64,000 nucleotides of DNA, taken from Callorhinchus milii (Eukaryota). The stretch spans positions 28,212,001-28,276,000 of the forward strand of contig NW_024704742.1 in assembly GCF_018977255.1 (NCBI RefSeq), given 5' to 3'. The position numbers were made by a program, and so were the translations under genes. Each line of letters opens with the position of its first letter. Position 1 is the first letter of the stretch. Below the pieces are notes generated by a model that did not search any database, was not told where the DNA came from, and saw only the letters and a list, made by a program, of their open reading frames with translations. This document shows, piece by piece, positions 29,549 through 41,299 of the stretch.

Positions 29549-30293
29549 CACGGTAGACTGATGGCCAAATTTGTTGCGAAGCTGTTTTAAACTTGTCGGA
29601 TTAGCTTGCACACGCACCTGCGGATTCTCCTAGCTCTTTTTTCAGCTCCTGCAGGGCTAGTTTGAATTTCCATTAACATCAGCCCGCATCCCCAGTCTTA
29701 ATCTATTAGTGTGACTATTTCCAGATTTCTACACCTTCACGATGAGGTAATGCACTGACTGAGAGATCAAGTTAATTTGGACTGATCTGATTCAATTTAG
29801 CTCAGGCTCTCCACTATTTTTCACAGCAGCCAAGCTTTATTGCCAAAAGACCAGCTCGATGCCGATTATCATCACTATGATATTCCTGTTTTTCAAACTA
29901 TTATGTGAGGAAATAGCAATGCAAATCACAATTACTGTTTCCATTGGGATCGTATTACAATGAGAAAGATGTTGTGCAAAGTAGCTTCCACAACCATAGT
30001 TGTTCCATGGTACATTTTTACCATTGGAAGTGAAGTGACTTTGCTTCTTAACAAACAAGCAAGGTAGAATAGGGAACTTGATTGTTTATTTCTTGCTCCA
30101 CATTGTGTCACATCTGAACAATTGAAAACCCTCAGTTATGCAATTCAGCTCTGAACGTGTTGGATTTATTTACAGTTTTAACATCGTTGCTTGTGTGATT
30201 CAAGAATGATCCCCTGTAAGTTCAAGCCCATCGATGGAGCAATTGCAAGTGACCATGGGGCAGTGGAGCCCAATTCTATTCACACTCGTTCAC

Positions 30294-32150
30294 TAACAAC
30301 AACAACAACAAAATTACATTGATAGAGCGGTTTTCACGTCGGGAGGACATCCCAAGGTGCTGGACAGTCAGGGGTCAGGACCCGAGGATGGAGGAGAGGT
30401 GGGGTAGGGATGAGGGAAGACAGAGGTGGGAGGGCGATTGAAGGCACGATCGAAGAGGAGGGTCTTGAGACCAGCCTTGAAGGAGGCAAGGGAGGAAGCA
30501 AGGTGAAGGGACTGTGGGATGGAGTTCCAGAGTGTGGGGGCAGAGAGGCTGAAAGCTTGGCCACCGTTGGTCGGGCAGGAGACATGGAGCAGGCTGGAGC
30601 CCACTGAACGGAGGGAGCGGGCAGGTTAGCAGGGAGTCAGCAGGTCAGAGAGGTAGGAGGGGGCAAGGCCATGGATGGCCTTGAAAGTGAGGACGAGGAT
30701 CTTGAATTCAATCCTCTGGTGGATGGGGAGGCAGTGGAGTCGGGTGAGGGTGCGAGTGATGGGGTCACGGAGCCTGGTGCGCGAGAGTACACGAGCTTCA
30801 GAATCTGCAGCTTGCGAAGGTAAGAGTTGGGAAGGCCGATGAGGAGGGAATTTCCGTAATTGAGCCTTGATGTGACGAATGGGTGGGTAAGGGGTTCGGT
30901 TGCCTGAGGGGTGAGGCAGTGCCGGAGTCTGACAATGTTGCGGAGGTGGTGGTAGGCAATGCCGGTCATGGCGCGGTTGTGGGGAGAAAGGTCAGTTCAG
31001 GGTCAAACAAGACACCCAGGTTCCTGACTGGCTTTGTGATGTTGAGTGTGCAGCCGTGGATGCTGTTGCTGCCAGCGCCTGAGGTGTAAGAGGCCTCGTC
31101 CAGGACTTGATGTTGGACAGGCAGTCGGCCAGTAGTACTGGAATTGAGGGTGGAAGCAGCGATAAAGTTGGGTGTCATCCGCATACATGTGGAAATTTAC
31201 CCCATGTCTAAGGATGATGTGACCAAGGGCGATAATGTAGAGGGTGAAGAGGAGGGGACTGAGGACAGGCCCTGAGGAGCTCCGCACAAGACGGTGCGGG
31301 GACTGGAGGAGAAGCTGTTTGCTGAGACAAAGTGGAGGCGGTGTGAGAGGTCGGACCTGAACCAGTCAAGGACAGAACCTTGGAGGTTGAGGTGGGAGGA
31401 GAGGCGGTAGAGGAGGATTGAGTAGTCCACAGTGTCTAAAGTGACGAGAAGGCAGAGGGAACCCTGGTCACACATGGTCAGGATGTCATTTGTGACCTTG
31501 ACTAGAGCAGATTCTGCTCTGTGGGCAGGACAGAAACCCGATTAGAGGGGCTCATGAAGGAGTGGGAGGAGAGGAAAGAGCGAAGCTGCGAGGCAACGGG
31601 TCTCTCAAGGACCTTGGACAGAAAAGGAAGTTTGGAGATGGGCTGATAGCTGTGATGGGTCAAGGGAAGATTTTTTCAAGTTGGGGGTGATAGTGGGTGT
31701 TTTGAGGGGGGAAAGGAACAGTGCCGGATGACAGGGAGAGGTTGATGATGTCGGCCAGTAGTGGAACAAGGAGGTGGAGCTGGGATTTAAGGAGATGGAT
31801 GGGGTCCAGGGAGCAGGTGGTGGGCTTCATGGAGGATATGGTGGTGATAAAAGAGGAGGGGGTGACCGGTTCAATGGTATGGAAAGAAGGATGGGTAGTG
31901 GTCGGAGTGTGCAGTGGAGTAGGGAGGGAGTGGAAGTTGGGAGGGCAGTGGCAGCTGAGTGGATTCCCTCGATTTTGGACTCAAGGAAGTCCAGCATTTC
32001 CTTGCAGTAGGAGTCGGAGGACAGAATCTGTGAGGCGTGGCGGGTAGAGGAGCCATTTGGTGGCGGCGAACAGGAGCCTGGGGTTGCCCTTCGCCTCCAG
32101 GATTAACCTGGAATAGGAGGACGATTTGGCCGAGACGAGAGTGGATAACG
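30294..32150 (-). mobile_element. 5'-truncated L2 LINE (~1.85 kb) with RT
   Basis: Minus-strand ORFs with [23 protein letters not shown] and FVTSRLNYGNSLLIGLP. (aac)n tail at 30294-30311. Confidence 0.93.
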
Positions 32151-33419
32151 AAAAAGAGTCACTACACTTTACAGTATGTCCTGTAAAGCTCTTTGAAACT
32201 TCCTTCTGTCTGAAAGGCACTACATCAAATGCAAGAATTATCATAATAATTATTAATATTATTACCGTTTTGATGCAGTGTGCTGAATCAAACTACTATT
32301 CGTAATTGCCTCATCCAGGTGATATTAGGAGCAGAGCTCCAACACAATTTGTTCTGGCTTAACCTTGTGTTATACTGCATTGGTTTGCTGCAGTGGTTTA
32401 CAATAAATATCTCCATTTATGTGATCATCAGAATTCACAAGTGCAAGTTTTATTGGACATACCGGTTTAGAGATGCAGGTTTTAAAATGTACGCACCAGA
32501 AATTTATATTGAAAGGAAGTGTTGCATTTCCAGCAAATTACAAAATTGTTATTCTCTTGTATTATATGGAAACATAGCAACATAAATAGACCATTCATTC
32601 ATTCAAGCCTTCTTTGCTGTGTTGCACACATGAGGTAGAAGGGAATACAGGGTTATGGGGGCAGGTTAGGGAGGGTGGATGGAATTGGGCCAAATGACCT
32701 GTTTCAGTGCTGCTGATTCTATTTAATTCTTTGTAATACTGTTAGATCTGTGCTAATTCTTTTATTTCTTTTCCCCTCCTGTTTCCAAATCTTTGAATAT
32801 TCTTAGCTACTAAGCATTTATTTAATACTAGCTGTATTTATTTAATTGCAGCTACGCTTGCAACCAAAGGATCCAATATGGAATGTAGATTTCAGTGATA
32901 CCATTCACAAAACATTTAACATGTCATAAACACTGTGTGCACACCTTAAGCAAAATTACCATATATTTTAAGTGCCTTGAGAGATCTTCCTCATGTGAAA
33001 TCGATGTATATTTGTATTGTATCTTGACTGTAGACTTCTGAGGATATCCATTACACATTTTTATGATGCTTCGTGTGAAGATTTTTTTTCTGGGCTCCCT
33101 TTCCGTCAGTTTAGCTCTAATGTCCTTAGTCTCAATTGTCTAATGTAATGTAAATTGCCCTGGAATCCCCCAAAGAGTAAGAATTATTACATATGTGCTT
33201 TGTCAAATGCCCTTCATTATTCTCAACCCCTCAATCAGATTTCCCCTCACCCTCTTTACTCTAACTAATATAAGCTCATAAAAACATAGCCTATTATCAT
33301 GGTTAGGTTCTATCACCCTGGTGAATCATCACTGGATTCCCTCCGAAGTCAAGCATCCCTTTCTTTAGTTTTCCCATGTTGATTGCCAAATTATTTTAAA
33401 ATTGTGCATTGCAAATTTA

Positions 33420-33621
33420 TGGGGAGGAATTCCACTGGGATCGAGAATTTGGCAAATTCTTTAATACAGTCAATTTTGAAGCCATTTTCTCTAAGCATTT
33501 TAAGAGCTGCAAAAAACTGACTTTAAAGTTAAGACTGAATTCAACAATTTGCCAAAATCTGAACACTCTAAAATGATATATAGGTAGAGTAAATGGAGAC
33601 CGTGGTGGAATATTCTCTCCA
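33420..33621. mobile_element. Palindromic MITE-like element
   Basis: TIRs tggggaggaattccac / gtggaatattctctcca. Flanked by TTA on both sides (33417-33419, 33622-33624). Interior matches 18633-18870. Confidence 0.75.
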
Positions 33622-36254
33622 TTAAATGGAAGCACTTATATTTTCAGTATGATGTCTACACATTTGCTGAAAACTTTCAGTCTATGAAAATGAAATATTG
33701 AAGCATTGACTTTCAAGATAGCAGGAGGTAGCTGTCACATTTATTGTCATCTTTGAATAATATGTAGGATTGATCATTAATAGATTTTCAATCCACTCTA
33801 TCGAGCAACAAAATGGAGCCTGCCTTTTTAATTAAATCCACTGTAAACTGAACAAATCTCCAGACCAGTGATGTGCATTTCAAAATTTTATTTCCCAAAA
33901 AGCTGCTTATTAAAACTATCTAACCCAAGTAAATTTCTATTTGTTACATTTTGGAGAGCTTTCTTCCATTGCATGGCAACCTTTGAAATCCTGTTATTTT
34001 GTAGCTTTTTAAAAAAAAAGCAAATGATTGCTTTATTTTTCTTAATGCTATTATTTTTATTTGACTAATCTGAAAATATATAAGATTGATATTGTGCCAA
34101 ATAGTGTTTTTTTTGCAGAGGAGAAGCGTCATTTCGCAGTATGGTGCGCAGCATTCTGTTCATTCCCATAAAAGGTCACCATTGCAATGATTTCCTATAC
34201 ATGTGTGTAAGAGAAATGGAGGCTGTTTGTACCATCTCCACTGCTGATGAATCCCTGTAACACTCTGGGACCTGTGGATTCCCTAAATGGTGATTCTGAT
34301 TTAAAAAGCAGCCTTAAGAATGTGTCAGTAGTTCGTCCGAACAATCTGAGGCTCTTTAAATAGTCAAATCATCTTACCGTTTCCAGACTGAGAATATTGC
34401 ACAATGTAAGTCCTGTGTTTTTTCACTGTATTCCTGTTTCCCTGTAAATGCTTTTTAAAGCTGGAAAATATGGAATACCAGATGTTATTGCACCATTCTC
34501 AATTCAACATGGAATTTGTTTTAACAGTGAGAAATAGCTTCTAGACTAGTAATTGTCTAGATTCTGTGTATGCTTCATTTTCATAAGAAGTTGTTCTGCG
34601 TTATGAAGAATGAAATTGATAGGGCACACAATTATACATTTTAATGCAAACTGTTTTTTTTTCTCCGGGACAGATGGCAATAACATGCATTTAATGCTTT
34701 GCCTTGGCTTTTACTAATTGTGAAAGCCATACTATTCTCTCATTAAAGCCAACCTCTTCATAAATACAGTTTGGTTAAGATGCCGTTTGCAAGTAGACAT
34801 TTCTAAAACTTGTTGAAACATACTGCTTTTTGTATAAAAAAATATGATTTTATTCTTTCATGCACATCTCTAATTTATTGCTTTAAGTGCAGAATTTTAA
34901 CTTAACTAGTTTTTAACATTGTCTCTTGATATACAGGGCAACAGATGATTGGGTGGTGATGTCAAGAAGGAAAATGAATGTTACTCCACAAAATTACATT
35001 GCTAACGCTATTCCCTGCTGAGATATTTGTGCACTTATTAATGCAGGTAGAAATGTTTCTATCCTTAGGGTGTAGTGAAACAAATGCTGACTGCACTTTT
35101 GCTGTGCTAAGAAACATTTCAGTAGAGACAACTGTCAGGGTGCATCCCATGTTGACTTAAAGGTGCAGTACACATTTTTCTGCCTTCTAATTGAAAATCA
35201 TTCCTAATTTATCCCCCAGTTGCAACTCATAAACCTATGATAGATGTTAGGGTAATTAATTCTGAGAATGCAGAAGTTCAAGCATTTGTGCAACACCTTT
35301 CACGTAGGTAAAGGTCTCGAGTACTTCCAAGTGGTGGAATTGGACACCGAGCAATAGAGATGGGGAAGGAGACCGATAGGTACAATCAAAGTTTGCTTAC
35401 AAAGTACATGGTTACTACACTTTACAGTGAATCGTGTGAGGTCTTTTGAGATGTCCTGTTGATGTGAAAGGAACTATATCAAATGCAAAGATTATTTATT
35501 ATGATTTTTACAAGGCAATTGTCCTTTAAAAACTTTACAATTTTTAATTTAAATATTTCCACCTCTTTATTGCATTATATAAGATCCCACTATAAAATAC
35601 CAACAGTAAATACTACAGTCATTTAAACTTGTAGATTAACCAGCTGAATTGTCTATGGAAGTGCAGTACTTTGCACCTCCTCTTTCAAGTGCTGTTACTG
35701 CAAGACTTCAACCTATTCTATACATTTTGCATGTTGGCGAGTGCTGGCAATTCTTTCTGTCTTCATTCTGCTGCTGTTTATTCTCATATGCTCATCTCTG
35801 GGAAGAGTAATTAGACTAGTGTAAATCTAGATTCGGTAGGTTACTCAAAATCAGTCCATTGCTGTATTTTGGATACACAATGCAATATGATTGGAACAAC
35901 TAGCTGCTGTGAATATTTGTTTAGTTGGCATTTTTCCATGTGGCTACAGCACTGTGAGTAGTACCCTTTGAGCTTTAGGCCTGTCTGATATTTTGATTAT
36001 TACAGTAGGGCTAAGATGGCAATATATAAAATGTTTTCCATAGATCCATAAACCAATGGATGACAGTTGAAATCTTTAGTATTCCACCAAAGAACATATT
36101 ATTTATAACTGTTATGAAGTGTCTGCATGGAAAGTTTTAGAATTTATGCTCTGTGTATCAGGTTTTGAACTCAGAGTTGTCAGTCTGCCAATATGTCTGA
36201 TTCAGACAAGTTGGTGCTCAATGGTAAAACTCTTTGTGATGAGAGATTCTGATA

Positions 36255-36465
36255 GTGAGTGGTGATAACATGGAATGTATTGCTAGAAGATGTGGTTAAA
36301 GCAGAAAACATCAATGCACTTCAGAGGAAACTTGATGCGTACATGAGGGAGAAGGGAATAGAAGGATATAGGAGAGGAGGATGGACATGTAGAGTATAAA
36401 TGCTGGCACAGACTAGTTGGGATGAATGGCCTATTTTGGTGCTGTAGATGCTATGTTGTTCTACT
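36255..36465 (+). mobile_element. CR1 3' end fragment
   Basis: catggaatg...gaaacttgatgcgtacatgagggagaagggaatagaaggatat...gactagttgggatgaatggcct. Confidence 0.7.
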
Positions 36466-36514
36466 AGCATAGCAGTGCTGGATGAGTAACCTCTGAGTAG
36501 TCAATTTGTTTTTG

Positions 36515-36665
36515 TCAGCAAGGTGTCTGACACATGCAAAAACCCATCACCATGCTTAGGAATATCCAAACCAAGCTAAGAATTAGATGCATCCCACCTA
36601 CATATGGAAATTCCAGAGATAGATTGTTGGATTGAAATGTGTACTTTCTCCCTAGAGGGATGAAT
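36515..36665 (+). repeat. Unidentified ~140-bp repeat, copy 2
   Basis: ggtgtctgacacatgcaaaaacccatcaccatgctta...tccaaaccaa...tactttctccctagagg. Confidence 0.75.
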
Positions 36666-38249
36666 TCTGGAATCAACATATTAAGTGTGGGGTTAAGTAA
36701 TGCAGGAAATGATAATAAAAGCGCTATATCAAATGCAAGGATTATTATTATTATTATTATAAAACATACAACAGAGGCATAGACATGAAGGTCTGAATGA
36801 TGGAACTTCTATTGTGCTGGAAAATGTTATGGGGTAAAATTTGCAGCCAAGATTTTGCGAGTTGAAGATCCCAGTATGGGGCTTGAAGCCAAAGCCATTT
36901 GGCTCAGAGGCGAGAGTGCTACCAAATGAACCAAGCTGACACTGAAAACCATACAGGGCCGAAACGGTGCGCTCCCAAATCCTGGAATAAAAACGTCAGG
37001 TATTTCCTTTTTTGGATGAACATAGACACTCACCTTAGAAAGGGATCGCTGGAGCAATACACTTCCTAGTTTCTGTAGCTTGATTCTAACTGATCGGTAC
37101 AACTTTGTATCTCTGTCCATTGTTCTTAACTCTCACCAGGATATTTTTGGAAAGAGTTTTGAACCTCGGAACTATAGAAATCTGCAGCACAGGAATCTAT
37201 GTGGCCCATTGTGCTGGGTCTCTGAAAGAGCTATTAATTCAATAAACCTTGCATTGATTTAGAACCCACAACCTTCTGACTCTGAGGCGAAAATACCACC
37301 AACTGAGGCAGAATGACATTTACATCTATCCCCCTGCCCTTTTCATCATACCTGTTTAGATTTCTCCTTTTCTCCTTTTCACATATTTATCCAATTCTCT
37401 TGTAAAGGCAAATGTATTTGATTATGACTACACACAAACACAAGATCTGATGTCTTGGAGTGAGATTAGAAGAACGGAATTGCAAGCCAAGTTTGCTTGC
37501 CGTTCTTATCTGTTCATATAAAAATTTCAGCACAGATGGTGGCTTTCTGGTCTGTTGTGACTGTGCTGTATCAGCACCCTACTGGAGATATTAAAACAAA
37601 TTCTATTTTCCTGCTTTTCCTCAATTAGATGATACCAATAAGTTTCTCACTCCCCTCATATACAGCTTTCCCATTCTTTCATCACATTTTGCTTTGTATT
37701 GTTTAGCCAGTTTTGAATCCCGTTAAGTTAATTAACTTTACCTTTCTTTAAAATTCTCAAATGGATTTTTTTGAAAGCTTTTGACAAAGTTAACTAGCTG
37801 TGCTAGATATCTCCTAAACCACTCATTTAGTTATTTGATGATGAGATTTAATACAAATGGTAACTCACAAATCAGTAAATCTGACACCATTTGCAAATTG
37901 GATCAATGATGTCCAGTGAGACTCTGCAGAGACGATGTGCTGTTACTAATATAGGCAAGAAAGTACAGTAACAGGCGTGTATGTTAGTGAAAGGAGAGAG
38001 TAACTGGCTCCTGCCTGAAATCTGTTGAAGAGGGGGAGGAATCCCAGTCATTTCAAAATTAATGTGACACACAGTACAGTAAATGAAGAACAAGAGGAAA
38101 ATATAGTTGTTCAGAACTAAAAACAAAGTAATAATTATAAAAAGTAGCAAAACTTTTAATAATGATTACATGCAATTGAACTTAGCACCTTACATACTTT
38201 AGTTTCATGTCTCGATATAATGCATTTACTGAATTCCATTGTGCTTCAG

Positions 38250-38372
38250 GCTGTCCTTTTAGGAGAGTGTACTTTCCATTCCAGGCAGACTGTAATATCC
38301 ACGTGTAGGTGGAACTCCCAGTAATATGTTTTGGTTCTAAAACATGGTGATGGGTTTCTGCTGGTTGACCAA
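38250..38372 (-). repeat. Unidentified ~140-bp repeat, copy 3
   Basis: Reverse complement reads gcagaaacccatcaccatg...ccacctacacgtgga...gtacactctcct. Confidence 0.6.
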
Positions 38373-38397
38373 AGGTACATCTTGAAGAGAGTTAGTA

Positions 38398-38742
38398 AAA
38401 TAATAATAATAATAATTCTTGCATTTGAGGCGTCTCAAAACGCTTCACAGAATATACTGTAAAGTGAATTTACAGTATTTTGCGGGCAAAACGCAGCAGC
38501 CAATTATTCACAGCAGTGTCCCACAAACAGTCATGGATTGAAGTGACCAATTTATTATTATTATTTTTAAGGAATTATTACGTCCGGAAAAGAGACCGAT
38601 CAATCGACTAACAACTGGGTTCCTATTTATTGCTAGGTAAGCAGAGGTGTGTGTATTAAGGAAACTTTCCCAACATTTTATCCTGCTGGGAATTGAACCC
38701 AGGTCTCTCACTTGTGAGGCGAGTGCCTCTACAGGACTCCAA
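38398..38742 (-). mobile_element. SINE family B
   Basis: Full reverse-complement copy, from the (aat)n tail to acaggactcca. Confidence 0.85.
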
Positions 38743-38774
38743 AATAGTAAAAACGCAGGAGAAATGTACATTAT

Positions 38775-39180
38775 CCTTACTCAGTTAGTAGCACTCTTGT
38801 CTCTGAAGCCAGAAGGTGGTGGATTCAAGCCCCATATTGGAACTAATATAGTCTAAGCTTACACTCCAATGCAATGCTTCACTGTTGGAGGAGTTCCTGT
38901 CTTTTGGATGATGTGTTAAACCAAGCTCACATCTGCCTACTCATGTTGAAGATTCCATGGTGTTATTCGAAAAGAGAAGGGAGTTTTTTTCCCAGTTTCT
39001 TGGCCAACAGTCTCCCAGACAGTCATTCACTTCATGGGACATTACTGTGCACAAATTGGCTGTTGTATTCACCACACACAAAAAATTAGTCACTCCACTT
39101 TACAATTTATACTGTGAAGTGATTTGAGTGATCTGCTGTGAATGCTGCTGTATCAATTGTAAGGATTATTATTAATTAAA
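38775..39180 (+). mobile_element. DeuSINE family A
   Basis: ctcagttagtagcactcttgtctctga...ttcaagcccc, then Deu core and tail aaggattattatt. Confidence 0.8.
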
Positions 39181-39592
39181 TTATCAACCATAAATAAATC
39201 TATTACGGTGAGCTCTAATCCAACACAACTCTGTTTGCATTGTTAAAAAATCCAGTGCTCCTATTCACTTACATTATACATGTACACCTCCAGATACATG
39301 TGATATTTGTGACATTTCACAGTAGCTCGTCATCACGTTCAGTCTCTCATGAAAAGTCATTTATTTCCTTGCAATTCAATGACGAAACTCCTTCCCATAA
39401 CTTCCATTCATTCGACTCATTCTATTCTCACTTTGAAAACAAACTGACACCACCTTAACCTTGGAAATCAGGAAAGCCAGTTTCATGTCAGTCCTCGGGG
39501 CAGGATCTCAGCACTTGCTTGATAGAATAGCGATTGATTTAAATCCAGATCTGGATTTAGTTACAAAAAGCTGATTTCAGCAACTGTATAGC

Positions 39593-39925
39593 AACAATTC
39601 TTGCATTTGATATAACATCTTATCACATCGTTGAGGCGACTTACAGAATATATTCTAAAGTGAATTGACTGTATTTTGTAGATGAAACGCAGCAGCCCAT
39701 TGCGCACAGCAGTGTCCCACAAACAGTTGAGTGACCAAATTATTATTTTTTCTGAGAAGGATTATTAACCCTGGAAAGTGATCCAACAATCAACTAACCA
39801 GGTTCCTACTTACTGCTAGGTAAACAGAAGGGTGTGAAGTAAGGAAAGTTGCTTAAGGATTCACCCTGCAGGGAATCAGACCTGGGATCTCTTGCTTCCG
39901 AGGTGAGTACACTATCCACTATGCT
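39593..39925 (-). mobile_element. SINE family B
   Basis: ttcttgcatttgatat...gcagcccattgcgcacagcagtgtcccacaaaca...ggttcctacttactgctaggtaaacaga. Confidence 0.82.
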
Positions 39926-40274
39926 ATGAGACACCAAACCATGAACAGCTGGGGAAGGGAGAAATCTTCAGCATTGTTGCTAAAGCTACAGAATGCAATG
40001 AGCGATTTTTTTTTTTTTTTTGTCCAATGGTTGTGTGAAAGAATTTCTCTGCTCCCATGCTGCATAGTTCTACAGAAATTACTGAATCCTCATTGCAAAA
40101 ATCTAATGTTCCAGTCTTTAGCTCCAGAAATGAGTATTCAACAGAAACTAGTGCATTTACTTATGCAGTGCTCAATCTCCATTTCCACAATGACTGATTT
40201 TAAAAAAAAACTCAGTTTCATGAAACTGGTTTACCTCAAATTTTAAAACTTTTGGTTAAGTTCAAAGCAAAGTT

Positions 40275-40650
40275 TTGTCTCTGAATCCAGACTCACAGTC
40301 CAGGCTAATACTCCAGTGCAATGCTGGGATTGTGCTGTATTGTTGGCAATGACGTCCTTCAGATAAGACATTAAACCAAGTCTGTCTGTTCAGGTGGACT
40401 TTAAAGATCCTGTGACACTAATGCAGCAACAAATGGGCGTTTCTTCTGAACCCTGGGCCAGCTATTCCCAGATAAAATTGATCATTCACTTTGTGGCTGT
40501 TCATGGGATATTATTGGGTGCAAATTGGCTGTTGCATTCACCTACAAATATAGAATCACTGCACCTTACAGTAAATCCCGCAAAATGCTTTGAGACGTTT
40601 TGAAGATGTGGTAAGATGTTATATCAAATTCTCGGATGATTATTATTTTT
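40275..40650 (+). mobile_element. DeuSINE family A, head degraded
   Basis: caggctaatactccagtgcaatgctggg...ttcaggtggactttaaagatcc..., followed by the tail. Confidence 0.75.
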
Positions 40651-40867
40651 AAGGATAGCTCATGCTATTCAATCCAGCCACATGGCAGCCTGCCTCCCAG
40701 TCATTCCATCAGATTTAAAGACTGATGGAGAACAGGATGAGATGGATTTGCAGAAATTAAGGGCATAGTAACTGAATGGTTGCCCATTGATGATAGCATG
40801 GAGGGGGCAAACAGAAGAATGGAATAGGAAAAGATTAGAGTGATAAGGATGTTTTGGAGCATGCAGG

Positions 40868-41286
40868 CATTTACAGGTGGGATTCGGGGCTTTGATCTGT
40901 TAGTAAGCCAGTTGAGCCTGGAGAGGAATGGGATGATGGTGTAATGTGGAATTTGTGAGGAATTTGGTGGTGAAGCACTTCAAGATGCTGCCCCAAGTGA
41001 AGAGTACTATGTAAATGCAAGTTGCTGCTGATGGTGGAGATTTGGATCAAATGAAGCTTATGGAGGTAAACTAGGGAGACTGTTGAAGAGTGCATTACAA
41101 AAATCTAGTTGGAATGAGTGAGGGTCTTCAGGTGAGTGAGGATGGCATTTGGTGTGAGATTGAGGAATTGGCAGATAATTTGGCAAAGATGAACAAATTA
41201 CACCATCATTCATTCCTCTCCAAGCTCCAGTGGCTCCCTGTATCCCAACAGATCAACTTCAAAGTCTTGAATCCGACCTGTAAATG
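40868..41286. repeat. Inverted repeat of an old L2-derived segment (arms 40868-40945 and 41197-41286)
   Basis: catttacaggtgggattc...gagcctggagaggaatgggatgatggtgtaat versus attacaccatcattcattcctctccaagctc...gaatccgacctgtaaatg. Confidence 0.75.
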
Positions 41287-41299
41287 AGAAAAGAGAGTT

